Part shown: positions 52,960 to 64,000 of the stretch, one piece after another
Layout of the letters: every line of letters starts with the position of its first letter
Numbering within the stretch: the stretch's first letter is position 1
The notes under the pieces: model-generated
Told to the model about the DNA's origin: nothing
The model's input: only the letters and a program-made list of their open reading frames with translations
Database searches by the model: none
Source of the DNA: Epiperipatus broadwayi
Taxonomy: Eukaryota > Animalia > Onychophora
Length of the DNA: 64,000 bases
Assembly: GCA_028023455.1 (NCBI GenBank)
Contig: JAQFVV010000005.1
Location: 1,116,001 to 1,180,000, forward strand
Reading direction: 5' to 3'
Program-made: the position numbers and the translations under genes

Positions 52960-55900
52960 TCAGGAAAAGGAAAGAGCAATTAAAGACCAGGTGTCAGCAA
53001 AGACTTTACTGGAGGCAAGGAGCTGGTCACGCTTCTTGATTTTTTTGAGCGTTTGATAGAACAATGGTATGATTTGTGGCGGGGGTAATTCCATGAGACT
53101 TTTGCATCTCACTATCCATATGGAATAAAGGACAAAGGTAGAAAGCCTTATTATTGAAAAAAAACCATTATGAATGGCATTTTCGAGTGAGAAAATCATA
53201 TCAGGTCTTATGTTGGAATTGATTATAATTATATCTTTCAGAGTTTTAAGTCTTGGGCACCGGTGTATAATATGGTCTATGGTTTCATCTTCACGAGCAC
53301 ACAGACCACATATAGGGTCAATGCTGGTAAAACCTCTTCGGTGATAAAGAAACCAATTCGTGGGTAGCGCATTAAGATTTATTTTAATGATGAAGTCAAG
53401 GAATTTGGGTTCCAGACTCCATCTTTTGAAGTGTGTAATGAGTCTTTGGTTGGTTATTTTTAGGCTGGTTTTAATGGGTTGTTGATTATAGTTGATTATA
53501 TTGTATGCTTCCCATAAGGTGATTTTTTGGTTAAGGTTAAAGGATATTATCGGGTTATAAAGTTGTAGTTCTTGTATTAGGGATGCTATCCATGAACTGG
53601 AAGAGGGTGGAGGACTATCTGTCGGTGTAACTTTTTTAATAATGTTAGAGTATCCGCAGGAGAGGATCAGATTATGTAGAGTGTTGTGGGTTTTCTGTAA
53701 AATGATTGCTTGTATTGAGTGGAATGACAGTCCATTGAACCTGCGTGGTCGTTGGATACCTCGCAAGAATAATAGCAACTGTCCTTCCTCTCCAGAGAAG
53801 TTTGGTGCATAATCGGTTAATTTTATTTTGAAACTGTTTAGACATTTTAACGAATGGAAGATAATATGAGATTTTTGGCATTATGATCATGTTGAGGAGG
53901 CCAACCTTTCCATATAATGAAAGGTATACTCTAGAGAGTGAAGTGGTGATGGCTTCAGTTGAATGGAGGATTGCATCTTGAATCTCTCTTGCCATTGCAG
54001 TTGGAGTTTTGTAGATTGGAAAACCTAGGTATCTTTGGGGTTTTGCAGAAAAGGGAGAGTTAATTTGTTTACCAGACATTATCTTCCAGATGGAAGATTT
54101 GTTAAAATTTATTTGAAGTTTGGCTGTATTTCTGTTTAATATGTTCATGAGATGAGGAAGGTATTTAATGGTGGGAAGCACAACCATGATGTCATCAATA
54201 TATGCAAATACATTGAAGCTTTTATTGAGAGAGGGAAGGAAAATTCCAGGGAGGTTTTTTTCTATATCCATCAGAAGAGGGTTGATGTATGCTGTGAAGA
54301 AAAGGGCACTGAGCGGGGATCCTTGAGGGATCGACTTGTATGGCTTGAAGCCTGGTGTGATCTTGCCATCAAGAGAGAGAAAAATCTCTGTTGTTGAGCA
54401 GATTGCTGATCATCTGTACAATCCCAGCTGGAATGTCGCATTCCAACAGAATATCCAGAAGGATGTTTATCTGGACTGAATCAAATGCTGCCGCAACATC
54501 CAGCTGGACAGCAATAGGTTTTGATTTACGATGTCCTCTGATGTAATTGAACAGTGCAGTTACATTGGACATAGCATGCGAGGTTGATGATCCCTTTTTT
54601 CCGTATTGGTTTGACGAGATATGGCTAAGAATTTGAGTTTGGATTTGATCTTTAATGACTGACTCAATTATCTTGATAAGCAATGGGGTCATGGAAATTG
54701 GCCGGATACTGTTAATGTCGTTTAGTGGTTTTGCTTTTTTAATAAAAGGCACGAGTGCCACTGGGTAAAGATCTGTTATGTTTCTGTTGCCGGACGCTAG
54801 GTGATCAATCATTTTTTTAATAATTGGCACAGTGAATTGACTGAGGTGTTTGAGAAGGAAATTTGGGATGCCATGAAGGCCAGGATGAACGCCGTCAGGG
54901 AGAGATGTTATCTTCTTTTTGATTTGGATTTCCGTGATGCCATGTTCGCCGGGGTCACCAGCATCTAACCAGCTGTTTATAGGAGGAGCTCCATCTTTTT
55001 GCATTAATTGGCAGAATTGTTTGCTGATGTGCTGCATCATTGGAAAGCCAATAAGATTGGTTCCATTAGTATTAATGGATAAGGGAGTGATTTGTTTTTT
55101 ATTGTATCCCAGTGCCCATCTGAGATAGTCTCTCGTCCAGCAGTGTTGTTGTGCTAAGAAACATTTGGCTCTTCTGATGGATATATATTCTGCAAGGGAC
55201 TTTTGCTTGATTTTGTAGAGATTTTTAAGGAAGATAATTTTTTCTGTATTTGTGAAATTTTGCTGTGATGTTTGAAGTTGTATATTAATGTTTGTTAGGT
55301 CATTTAGAAGGCCATTAGGTCCTTTGATTTTCCTGGTATGGTGATTTAATATGGACTGAAGTATTCCAATGAAGGAAAACCAGCCCTCCTCAGCAGGCAG
55401 GGAAAGGATGTTTATTTTCTGGAAAAGGATCGCTTCGGTCATATTTGATTGGGTGATCATGCGCATGGTTTTACCAGGTCCATCAATGGGTGTAGGGATT
55501 GTAATAGGTGTAAGTTGTAAGATTAGAGCCATATGATCAGAGAAAGCAACAGGGGCCAAGGCTGCATCAAGGTTGAAATGGAGGTCTGGGGTGTAGAAAA
55601 CCAAATCAATCAGGGACATTTTAGTTTTAGTATAGAAAGAGTAGCTTCAGGAGGGAAGAAACCCTCTCCACACATTAATCTGCGATTTATTAGATGCAAA
55701 AATCTCTTGTTGAAGTCATTGTATGTAGTGTTAAAGTCTCCCAGAAGAATAGTAGGAGAGGCTCTGTTAGCGTTGATGGCATTTAGGATATGGATTATTT
55801 TTAGATATTGAGAGGTGTCTTTGGCTGTATATATATAAGCTATGATGATCGGATAACCCCAATAGTCTATTTCTATAACAATAATATTGGCATCTAGGAA

Positions 55901-56160
55901 TAGAATACTAAAACTGTTTGGCGGTGTTGACTTGCTGAGAAGAATACCGACTCCACCTGAAGCAGAATGGCCTATAGAAAATTAGTAAATCCGAGAGCTG
56001 AGAGAAGAGATAATATTTTATGATCAGTCTTATGGTGATATTTAGTTTCACCCATAAGAAGTATATGAGGGGAGCAGAGCGAGAACCAGTTTTTAATAGC
56101 TAGAACTCTATCAATTGAGTTGATGCCGCGAATATTAATGCCAGAAATTTTGCAGAACAT
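52960..56160 (-). pseudogene. L1/Tx1 ORF2: AP endonuclease, reverse transcriptase, C-terminal CCHC zinc finger
   Basis: Motifs INIRGIN, LMGETK, GGVGIL, LGDFN, SDH; RPISM, LDVAAAFDSV, PQGSPLS, FAYIDD; CGLCAREDETIDHIIHRC. Frameshifts near 55975, 55655, 54385 and 53770. Confidence 0.92.
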
Positions 56161-56166
56161 GATAGA

Positions 56167-58799
56167 TTAATCCAAAACGTCCTCAGCAAAGTGTACCAAG
56201 TCAATGTGGGGCATCTCCATGTTAATGAGTTCTGATGTTGTTTGGAAATCAGAGTCTTGTGATTGAACTTGTGGATGGATTGGTGATATATTTGTTGGTT
56301 GAGGAAACGCATCCATGAAGTCTTCGATGTCTGATGAAGTAGTGTAATCTGTCTGAGATTCGTCAGATGGATCAATGGTATCGATGGTTATAGGATCCAT
56401 GATTTTCCTCTTTTTTTCTATGGATTTGTGAAGCTTTGTGCTGGATATATCTGAGATTTGTTTGCTAGCGGGTGGTGGTGAATAATGTATTGGATGGGAG
56501 CTGTCATCATCAGAGCTTGATTTATCTGAGCGAATTGATTTTCTTTTAATTTTCTTATTTGTATTTTGGGTATTTGTTGTGTTGGTTTTTGGGGTTTTTT
56601 TAAGTTTAGTAGTGTAGTTTTCTTTTTCCTGTACTTTTGATGAAAGTGTTTTTTTATTGTTATAAGAATTTGGTTTAAATTTTAGATCTGAGTCATTTTC
56701 GGTTTGCTGTAACTGTTGTGAAACATTAATTATGCTGACTTTCGGGTTGAGTGTTTGATAAGTCTTTTCATCTGGATGGTTGATTACTGCAGGCGTTGAA
56801 GAATTGAGGACAGTTTGTGGATCACTTTGTTTAGGTTTATTAGACTTAGCTGGCCCGAATGATGATGCATCATTGGTTTTAAGCTGGGTGGGAGTTGTTA
56901 TAGATGAATTGTTTTGAAATTTTTTAAGTGTATTTTCTTCATCGCCTGGGTTTTCCTTGCTCTCGTTAGATGGTTTGGTCATATTGTCTTCTTTTGTAGA
57001 AAGAGTTTGGCCTAGCATTGTTTCTCGGGGATTAGTACAATATGTATCTAATGAATGATCTTGAGTATTATTGGTTTGAGAGATTGGTTTAGTAGCAGTA
57101 TATGTTATTGCTTGGTTCTCTGATTCACTACTATTAGTGTAGAGGTTGGTGTTTGTTCTTTCTTGAAGATTTTCATTTTGAAAGATAGGTTTGGATGTGA
57201 AAGGATTTGTTGGAGGATTTATTTGAGTCAGATTGTCTGGGTTTGTGAGGTTGCTGTTTGAATTAGTCCCATGTGGTGATTGTCTATTTAAGGATGTGGT
57301 AGCCGTATTAATAGGTCTACCAGGGCATCTTTGAACTTTATTCTTTTTAATACCACAGTGTATGCATATTCTTGCTGCACAATCTTTAATAAGGTGTGTT
57401 CTTTGAAGGCAGAAGAAACATTGTGGCTGTACTCCCCTGAAGGTCAAAACCATAGGAGAGCCTCTTGCAGTAATAATGGTGGGTATAATGTTTTTCTTTA
57501 AAGTAAGTGTGAAGACAACTGTATTGGACAGAATTTGATCTTCGAAGTGAGGGTTTAGTAGGTGTTTAAATTTACAAACTGAACCATAATTAATAAGGAT
57601 GTCTTGTAGTTCTTGTTCTTTCAAGTGGGCAAGGCAGTTTTGAATTCTGCCAGATAGTGTAACTGGACGGTTCATATCTATGGAGCAAAGTATATAATTT
57701 CCCAAAGATCGGTAGTTATTTTTAAAGTTCATACGGTCCGCCCATGTTTTAAACTCAACGATAACATAGCGGTCATTGGGATGATTAAGGATCATGTGAA
57801 TGCCTCTGCCTAATTGATTTTGATTGATTAGACTGTATAATTGTTCTAGAGGGAACTTATATAACGCACATTGTTGATTTGTTATGGCTAAGATTAACGA
57901 CTTATCGCTGTAGTAGTTTGTAAACGATTTATACAGAGTGTTGGGAATCGTTTTGTTGAACTCGTTATTTATTTTTAGGAACATGTCATCATTAAGATCG
58001 TTTATATTAAATGAGACATTTTCCAGAGTGTTTGATTCTTGTTCTGTGTCTAATTCTGAGATATTCAAATATAGTTCATTGAAATTATCGGCCTTAATAT
58101 TTTCGGAGATGCTCTCAGAATTTTTAGACCTTACGATATTTGCGTACGTAGTGGAATTTTTCAATATTGGAAATGAGGAAATTGGTTTAGATTGCAAGTT
58201 GGCTGATGTAGCAATGGATTGTTCTGTGCTATAATCTTTGTTTGTTTTGGAATGAGGTTTATTAGTTTTAAAATTTATTTCTTCTTTTTGATTTTTAAAT
58301 TTACTGTTGACAAACTGTAATGTGACAGCGCTGGTTTTGTCGACCTCTGGTGGAAAAGTTTTAACTTTAAAAAATTCGCCGATATCATCTTGTTGGAAAT
58401 TTTGTCTATTATTTTCAGATATGGTTTTCGGGGTATTATAGGGCAAAGAAAATTGCTCATTAGAGTCTTCTGCGGGAGCGTAAAATCTTCGGAGAGGAGA
58501 TGATTGGTTTTTGCTTGTATTGTTAAGGATTTCAATAGTTTCGCTTGATGAGATATTTATGCTATTGTTTATATTAGGGTAAGTTGAATATTTTCTAAAC
58601 TTTTGTTGATATTTGCGATGGTGTTTTCATTTGATTTATTGGTTTGTGGGTTTTTATTTGTAGTAGAAGTTAGTTTAGTTGCATTTAGATTAGATCTAAG
58701 GCTATAATATTTACGACCGATGGCTGCATTGCTAGGTTGAATGCTGAGATCGGGGTTAACATTAATTTGAGAGTTATCGATTATATTATCACTTTCCAT
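56167..58799 (-). pseudogene. L1/Tx1 ORF1 (~877 aa if one frameshift is repaired)
   Basis: The 76-aa ORF from ATG 58799 joins the 759-aa frame by one frameshift near 58580-58620. Contains an RRM-like region and FRGVQPQCFFCLQRTHLIKDC. Ends 6 nt before the ORF2 ATG. Confidence 0.85.
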
Positions 58800-58820
58800 A
58801 ATAAATAATGTTTAAAACCG

Positions 58821-58943
58821 ACTTACCTTGAATAAAAGACGTAAAGGTAAGGGGACAATCGTCCCTGTCTTCTTGAAACTGAATCGCTAAGGGACGCTTT
58901 TAATAAGACCAGTTGCAAAGATGGCTGCCAAAAGCGGAAGTCC
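58821..58943 (-). promoter_or_regulatory. L1 5'UTR with ETS-type (ACTTCCG) and YY1-type (GCCATCTT) motifs and a 5' splice site CAAG|GTAAGT
   Basis: The element begins GGACTTCCGCTTTTGGCAGCCATCTTTG; the donor lies at the 58827/58826 boundary. Confidence 0.6.
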
Positions 58944-59221
58944 TATAATAAAATATTTTAGTTTTTTTTTCTTGGGATCAGCATTTTTCTGTCATTGATT
59001 ATACTATAGATAACGATATCATAGTTTTTTTTGTTTAAGGTAATAATAAACTATAATTTAAAAGATTTTCCTGTGCAAAATTATATTCTATTAAAAGATT
59101 AATATATTGTTATTTATAACCCCAAGGTAGGTGTTAGGTAGTCAAAATATAACAAAAAATATTGGCTAATATTATTAGAATATATATTTAGGAATTTCGA
59201 AGATTTTAATATATATATATA

Positions 59222-60155
59222 TTCCCAAAACTTTTTACAGCAGTGCTGTAAGAAGCATTTTGTGTATTAAAATGGAAGCTAAAGGAATAAAAGTAAGTAA
59301 ATGGGGATTATTTAAGTCATTTAGATTTTACAGATGATGTAGTTGTTTTTGCGAATAATGCTTCAGGGAGTGTTGCAAGAGTTATCAAATGAAAGTAGGA
59401 CTAAGAATAAATGTTAAAAAGACTAAAGTAATGTTCAATAGGTTTTCTCAAAAGATGAAAATAAAGTTTAATAATGATGAGTTAGAAGTTAACAACTACA
59501 AATATCTTGGTCTGATTATTATTACAGCTGGAAACATAATCGATGAAATAATCATAGAATTAAAGTTGGTTGGAGTGCTTTTGATAAAAATAACTTAACA
59601 TTAAAAGGAAATGTCTATGTAAAAAAAAAAAAAAAGATTCAATCATATATCACATGACCTAGTTTTTAAGCTTGTAAAAAAAAATAAAATAAAGACCTCT
59701 GCTAATTGCTCTATCAAGCTTTATTGATAAATGCCAACAAAGCATTTAAAAATCTCTATCTAGAAACCACTCCCCAACCTGTTTGAAAAGGAAGATTTTT
59801 AATAAATGTGTTTTACCAGTTCTTACTCCTGGATCTGGCCTTGGATGCTTAACAGGAGAGCAATACAGAGACTTTAGATCATTCAAAGAAGTATGAAGAG
59901 ATGATACTGACATCATTGAAAGGATTAAGAGATTGAGTTGGGATGGATATATTGCTAGAAGAGATGATAATAGACAGACAGTTGAAATCTCAAATGGGAT
60001 TCCAAGAGGTTGTAAAAGACCTAGAAAGAGACCACATGTGATGGATGGATGAAATAAGGAAGTGTGTGGGGTAAGGCTAGAGATCAGAGATGATTGAACT
60101 TAAAGATCTTCGTCCTGCAGTGGATTGGTAATAGTTGAAAATAATGATGATAATA
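59222..60155 (+). mobile_element. 5'-truncated, internally rearranged RTE copy
   Basis: Starts at PKLFTAVL coding sequence; ORF 59389 (KVGLRINVKKTKVMFN); unrelated insert at ~59620-59790; gataatgatgata tail. Confidence 0.85.
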
Positions 60156-60834
60156 TTTTACAAAAATATTTAAATAATAGTCAATTGTAACATTGATAAA
60201 AAGTCTGGTAGATAGTTAAAATGTAAAAACAAACAAACTATAAAAAGCATATTAAAATCTGTCATTCATTAATATTATAAAATAAAAAATTAAGTGCTTT
60301 TAAAATCTTTGAAATATATATATAAATTTGTAAGATACTTAGGTATTGGTTAAGATTGCATCCATGAGTTATTTAACTGGAATATATATATGCATGATTA
60401 AGGTATTTATTTTTAAATATATCCATTTACACATATATCTAAAAAGTTTAACATTTCTAAAAAGGTAAATTGTCTATAGATTTGCAAGTATTAGTAATGG
60501 AATGAAATTTAAAAAAAATAGATACTAAGAAGGCAGAGATAGCTAGAAACTTGGATAGATTAGGATTTTTATGAAATTACTTTCTCGGTCCAAAGGAAAA
60601 TCAACAATTAATGTAGCAGAATATTTCAGGAGTTTGCCGTTGCTTGCCACATTCTTAGTGCAACTTATTATCTTATATTAGATCAAGGTGCGAAGAATTC
60701 ATAATAAGAACCTTTTATACCATTAAAATGCTTTTGTTTTGGGACCAAATATTTATAATTTTAAACTTGCAAAATGAAGGGAAGGTCTGTCTTTCTAACA
60801 TATTTAAATTTTTCTTATCGATAATTTCTCCATT

Positions 60835-61070
60835 TCATTCCAACAAACTTTTTTATTTATCCAGTTTGTGTGGTCTTTTTCTAGATTTTTATAATCTCTT
60901 AGGATCCTGACTAGGATTTCAATATCCATCTTGTTTTGTTATTATTTCTAGCTATTTATCTAACATAACTCCTTATTCTTTCAATTATGTCAGTGATATC
61001 TGCTTGAGTTTTCATTCATGCACTTATATTTAGATTTTTTCTTGTTACTCTGAATATTCATACTCATTGT
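60835..61070 (-). mobile_element. Degenerate RTE 3' fragment
   Basis: gtggtctttttctagatttttataatctcttaggatcc matches the reverse complement of the RTE 3' region. Confidence 0.6.
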
Positions 61071-62157
61071 GTGGCTTAAAATCGGTATTTATCACATATT
61101 CAACATGCAGTATGTAAGAGCGGGTAAAACTTATTTATTAAAAATAAAAATGTTTTCAAGCACATGGGCATTTCCCCTTTAACTTTTATATATTATGTTT
61201 TATATATTGTTTCTATTTGCATTAATAATCTATAATTATTATCTTTTAATAATATGTACTTTGGGAAAAAAGAAAAAATATATTACGTTTGTTGATACTG
61301 GATATTTATTAATGATTTTTTTTTTTTTTAAATCTTACAATCAATCTAATTTATACTTAAAAAATATTTTTAGTGGCAATTGTGTTTTAAAAATCTTCTC
61401 TGAATGATAATAAGTTCAACCACAGTAAACAATCTTAGAGAGAGCGTTGAACTGATTTGAAAAATGAAGGAGATTGAGAAGAACTACAAGTCATTTTAAT
61501 TATTTTGAAAAATCTAAAATGAAGCACCACCACCCTTTTTCTCGTTTTTCTCCCTCATTAAATTTCACTTAATTTAATTCTGTACAATACTGTGTGTGTG
61601 TGTGTGTGCTTTTTTTGGCTTGTAAAACCTGCCTCCAACCAGATCATTTAGCAAACAATAATTTATATATATGCATATGTATGCTTATTGTATGTTATTG
61701 CATACAAATCTCCTACACTTCATCAAGCTATCTATCAGTCTGGTTTTTCCCCACTCTGTTCTCATACAGCATAATTTCCTTCATCTTTAACATCCTTTCA
61801 ATATTTTTCTTAAAACATCCATAATTTTCATAAACATGCATCCAGTGCAGTTTTTTTTTTTTAAATCCCTTAATAATATATATATATTATAACCGAAAAG
61901 TTAGTCAACAGCAAATTGGCTCGCATGGAATAACAGTATTGATTTCAGCTTGATTAATAATAAAAGTGCAAACATCAGATTTTAGTGTATCATATAAAGG
62001 AAGAATAACCATGGTCTGTGAATGAAGATCCATTTCTATTGAAATCCATTTTACTAGGTTTTATGAATTAATTTCAACACACACATATATATATATATAA
62101 TGAAACATGTTTTTGGGAATAACATCTTTTACCTGCGAAAACATTTCTTTCAACATA

Positions 62158-62990
62158 CAGGCAGTCCCCTATTTACGAACTTAATTGGTTCCTGATGTGT
62201 GCTTGGAAGTTGAAATTATTTGAAAGTAGATATATAAAAAAACATCAGAAAGGATTTTCAAAATACAGTATTTATTTTTTATTGATTAGTATCTGGAGTT
62301 TTGTTTACAAATTTATCAATAGTTAATTGAATTTTATTCTTTTTCTTCTCTTGATAAAGAATTCTGTGTCTTTTTCTATTGCCCTTCATACATGAGATAT
62401 ATATACTCTCCATGCTAGTCAAAAATTTGTCAAGATGCATGAAGGCTTCATTCATACTCTTGATCGTCAAACTCTTAATATTAAGTTCATTATCAGGTTC
62501 TTCTTTATTTTGTATTTCATTCATCTGAGTGAGATTGCATTAACTCAACAATATATTCATCAGTGACATTGCTTGTTACAAATTCAACAGCCTTTTTGAT
62601 ATTGATCTTCAACTCACAAAGCCAAAGATTTCTCCATTTCATCCATTACTCTGCCATGTCTTTTTGAAACAATCTTTGAAGAAATATTTCCACAATTTTT
62701 AACGTATTCTTTAATTTTGTTCTTGTTTTTCACAATTGTGTATATTGTTGATCGGTTTAAATTACATGAATGTGTGATTGAAGCAAAATGTTCACCATTT
62801 TCAGAACGTCTAATTATATCCATTTTTATCTCGACCATTTGGGGTTTATGAGACCTTGATTTCTTTTTGGTTGTATCAATACTGCTGTTTTTTTGTTTTT
62901 CACTCATGTTTTTAATCAATAAGAATGGAAAAAATTCACCAAAACAGAAATATGTACAGTGTATATGTAACATAATTGCGCACAAGCTAC
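62158..62990 (-). mobile_element. Internally deleted Tigger/pogo element
   Basis: TA|CAGGCAGTCCCCTATTTACGAAC TIR at 62158; CENP-B-type HTH (IKMDIIRRSENGE...LNRSTIYTIVKNKNKIKE) lies next to a Tigger-type C-terminus (QLTIDKF); DDE core absent; second TIR not seen. Confidence 0.85.
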
Positions 62991-63324
62991 TTTTAAAAAC
63001 AAGATGATCCTGTTCAAGACAGTCTGTGGTGATGCTAAAAATAAAAGTAATTAATGTTAGAGAGATGGGAAGATTTACTGTATTTTATATAAGTTCTTAT
63101 TGTTCACTAAAATATACTTTTAATTATTTTCTAAATCCCAAAGTTTATCTTTCTTTAGAAAACATTCAATTACGAATGTATGTAAATAGTTTTTTTTATC
63201 AGCTACTGTAAATTTGTAGCATTAATTACTAAAAGGAATTTTTAATTATTAAAGTACTAAAATACTGTATAATTTTGAATACCCATTTCTTTTTACAGCA
63301 TATAGCATTAATTATATGTGAAAG

Positions 63325-63492
63325 GGCTGCAGAAAGGAGTTTGCTATTAACTGAAAGGAGACCCTTTGATTCCTCTTGGAGGCCTTAAAGGAACCGAGCA
63401 GGGCAAATTCCTAATGTCCACTCCATACGTTCTTGTCGTTGCAGCTGTTATTACTATATGTTTATTCATATAGTATACGAACATGGATGGGC
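63325..63492 (+). ncRNA. HDV-like ribozyme, second copy
   Basis: Same P1/P2/P3/L3/J4-2; putative catalytic C63478; P4 is TACTATATG/CATATAGTA. Confidence 0.85.
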
Positions 63493-63646
63493 TGCTCACC
63501 AACACGCATTAGCCAGCGTGGTGAGTTTATTGGCTTTTTACCTCTGAGTTTAAGATCAAGAAACACGATGGTCTTTCTTCTCAGTGCCTGATAAGGCAGA
63601 ATGAATGTTTGTGTAAATGATAAAGATTTTTCCCAATTATACAATT

Positions 63647-64000
63647 ATGACAGACAAAAATAAAGCATGGCCCTTAATCCCAGGAGGCTGTAAAGTCACC
63701 AACCAAGGCAGCGGTTGGTGGCCGAAGGCGGAGGGTGCTAAGAATATCCTGGAGGTGGACCCAGGCTGCCATTTGATGACGACTTTTTATTTAGGTACTT
63801 ACAACTGCAGATCACTTTCAAGTGAAGGAAGATTGCAAGAATTAGAAGAAGAACTCTCTTATATTAAATGGGATATTATTGGACTTTGTGAAGTTAGAAG
63901 AAAAGGTGAAGAGACAATTGATTTAAAAAGTGGACATATGCTCTATTATAAAGGCACAAATATTGGAAATACAAGTGGAGTAGGATTCATTATAAATAAA
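63647..64000 (+). CDS. RTE ORF N-terminus (APE domain), open to the window edge
   Basis: 118 uninterrupted codons, MTDKNKAWPLIPGG...TYNCRSL...GLCEVRR...SGVGFIINK. Confidence 0.85.
   Translation, partial: MTDKNKAWPLIPGGCKVTNQGSGWWPKAEGAKNILEVDPGCHLMTTFYLGTYNCRSLSSEGRLQELEEELSYIKWDIIGLCEVRRKGEETIDLKSGHMLYYKGTNIGNTSGVGFIINK

Larger units (their letters stand above)
52686..58943 (-). mobile_element. Full-length L1/Tx1-clade non-LTR retrotransposon (6258 bp)
   Basis: ORF1 (RRM-like + CCHC knuckle) and ORF2 (APE-RT-zinc finger); perfect 15-bp TSD TATAATAAAATATTT at 52671-52685 and 58944-58958. Confidence 0.95.
63325..64000 (+). mobile_element. 5' end of a second young full-length RTE copy (runs off the window)
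   Basis: Roughly 95% identical by eye to 1526-2205, with the same 5' boundary. Confidence 0.97.

Noticed and set aside
858-63644. Most of the 60-120 aa ORFs in the supplied track
   Set aside because: They are antisense or off-frame shadows of TE ORFs or low-complexity AT-rich frames, with no recognisable domain or splice context.

Overview
AT-rich, CpG-depleted animal genomic DNA, probably an invertebrate; the taxon cannot be fixed from the sequence. It is mostly intronic/intergenic and dense in transposable elements. The only host coding sequence I can confidently identify is one internal GAPDH exon (634-712). I found no downstream GAPDH exon by eye in the remaining ~63 kb. The main elements are: (1) a full-length RTE-clade LINE (1526-4822, TSD, TGA-repeat tail), with a second young copy entering at 63325, an old full-length copy on the minus strand (~20960-23890) and several 3' fragments; (2) a full-length L1/Tx1-clade LINE on the minus strand (52686-58943, 15-bp TSD) with a very long ORF1 and only single-base frameshifts; (3) a Buster/SPIN-type hAT transposon (43568-46107, 8-bp TSD) apparently inserted in a Penelope remnant; (4) an internally deleted Tigger; (5) several MITEs and foldback elements. 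The best finding is not in the ORF track: both young RTE copies begin with a complete HDV-like self-cleaving ribozyme fold carrying a large structured J1/2 insert, and that fold is much better conserved between the copies than the adjacent sequence. Also notable are an L1 5'UTR built like a housekeeping first exon (ETS + YY1 motifs, perfect splice donor) and a foldback family whose arms end in outward-facing tRNA-like A/B boxes. All alignments, counts and folds were done by eye.
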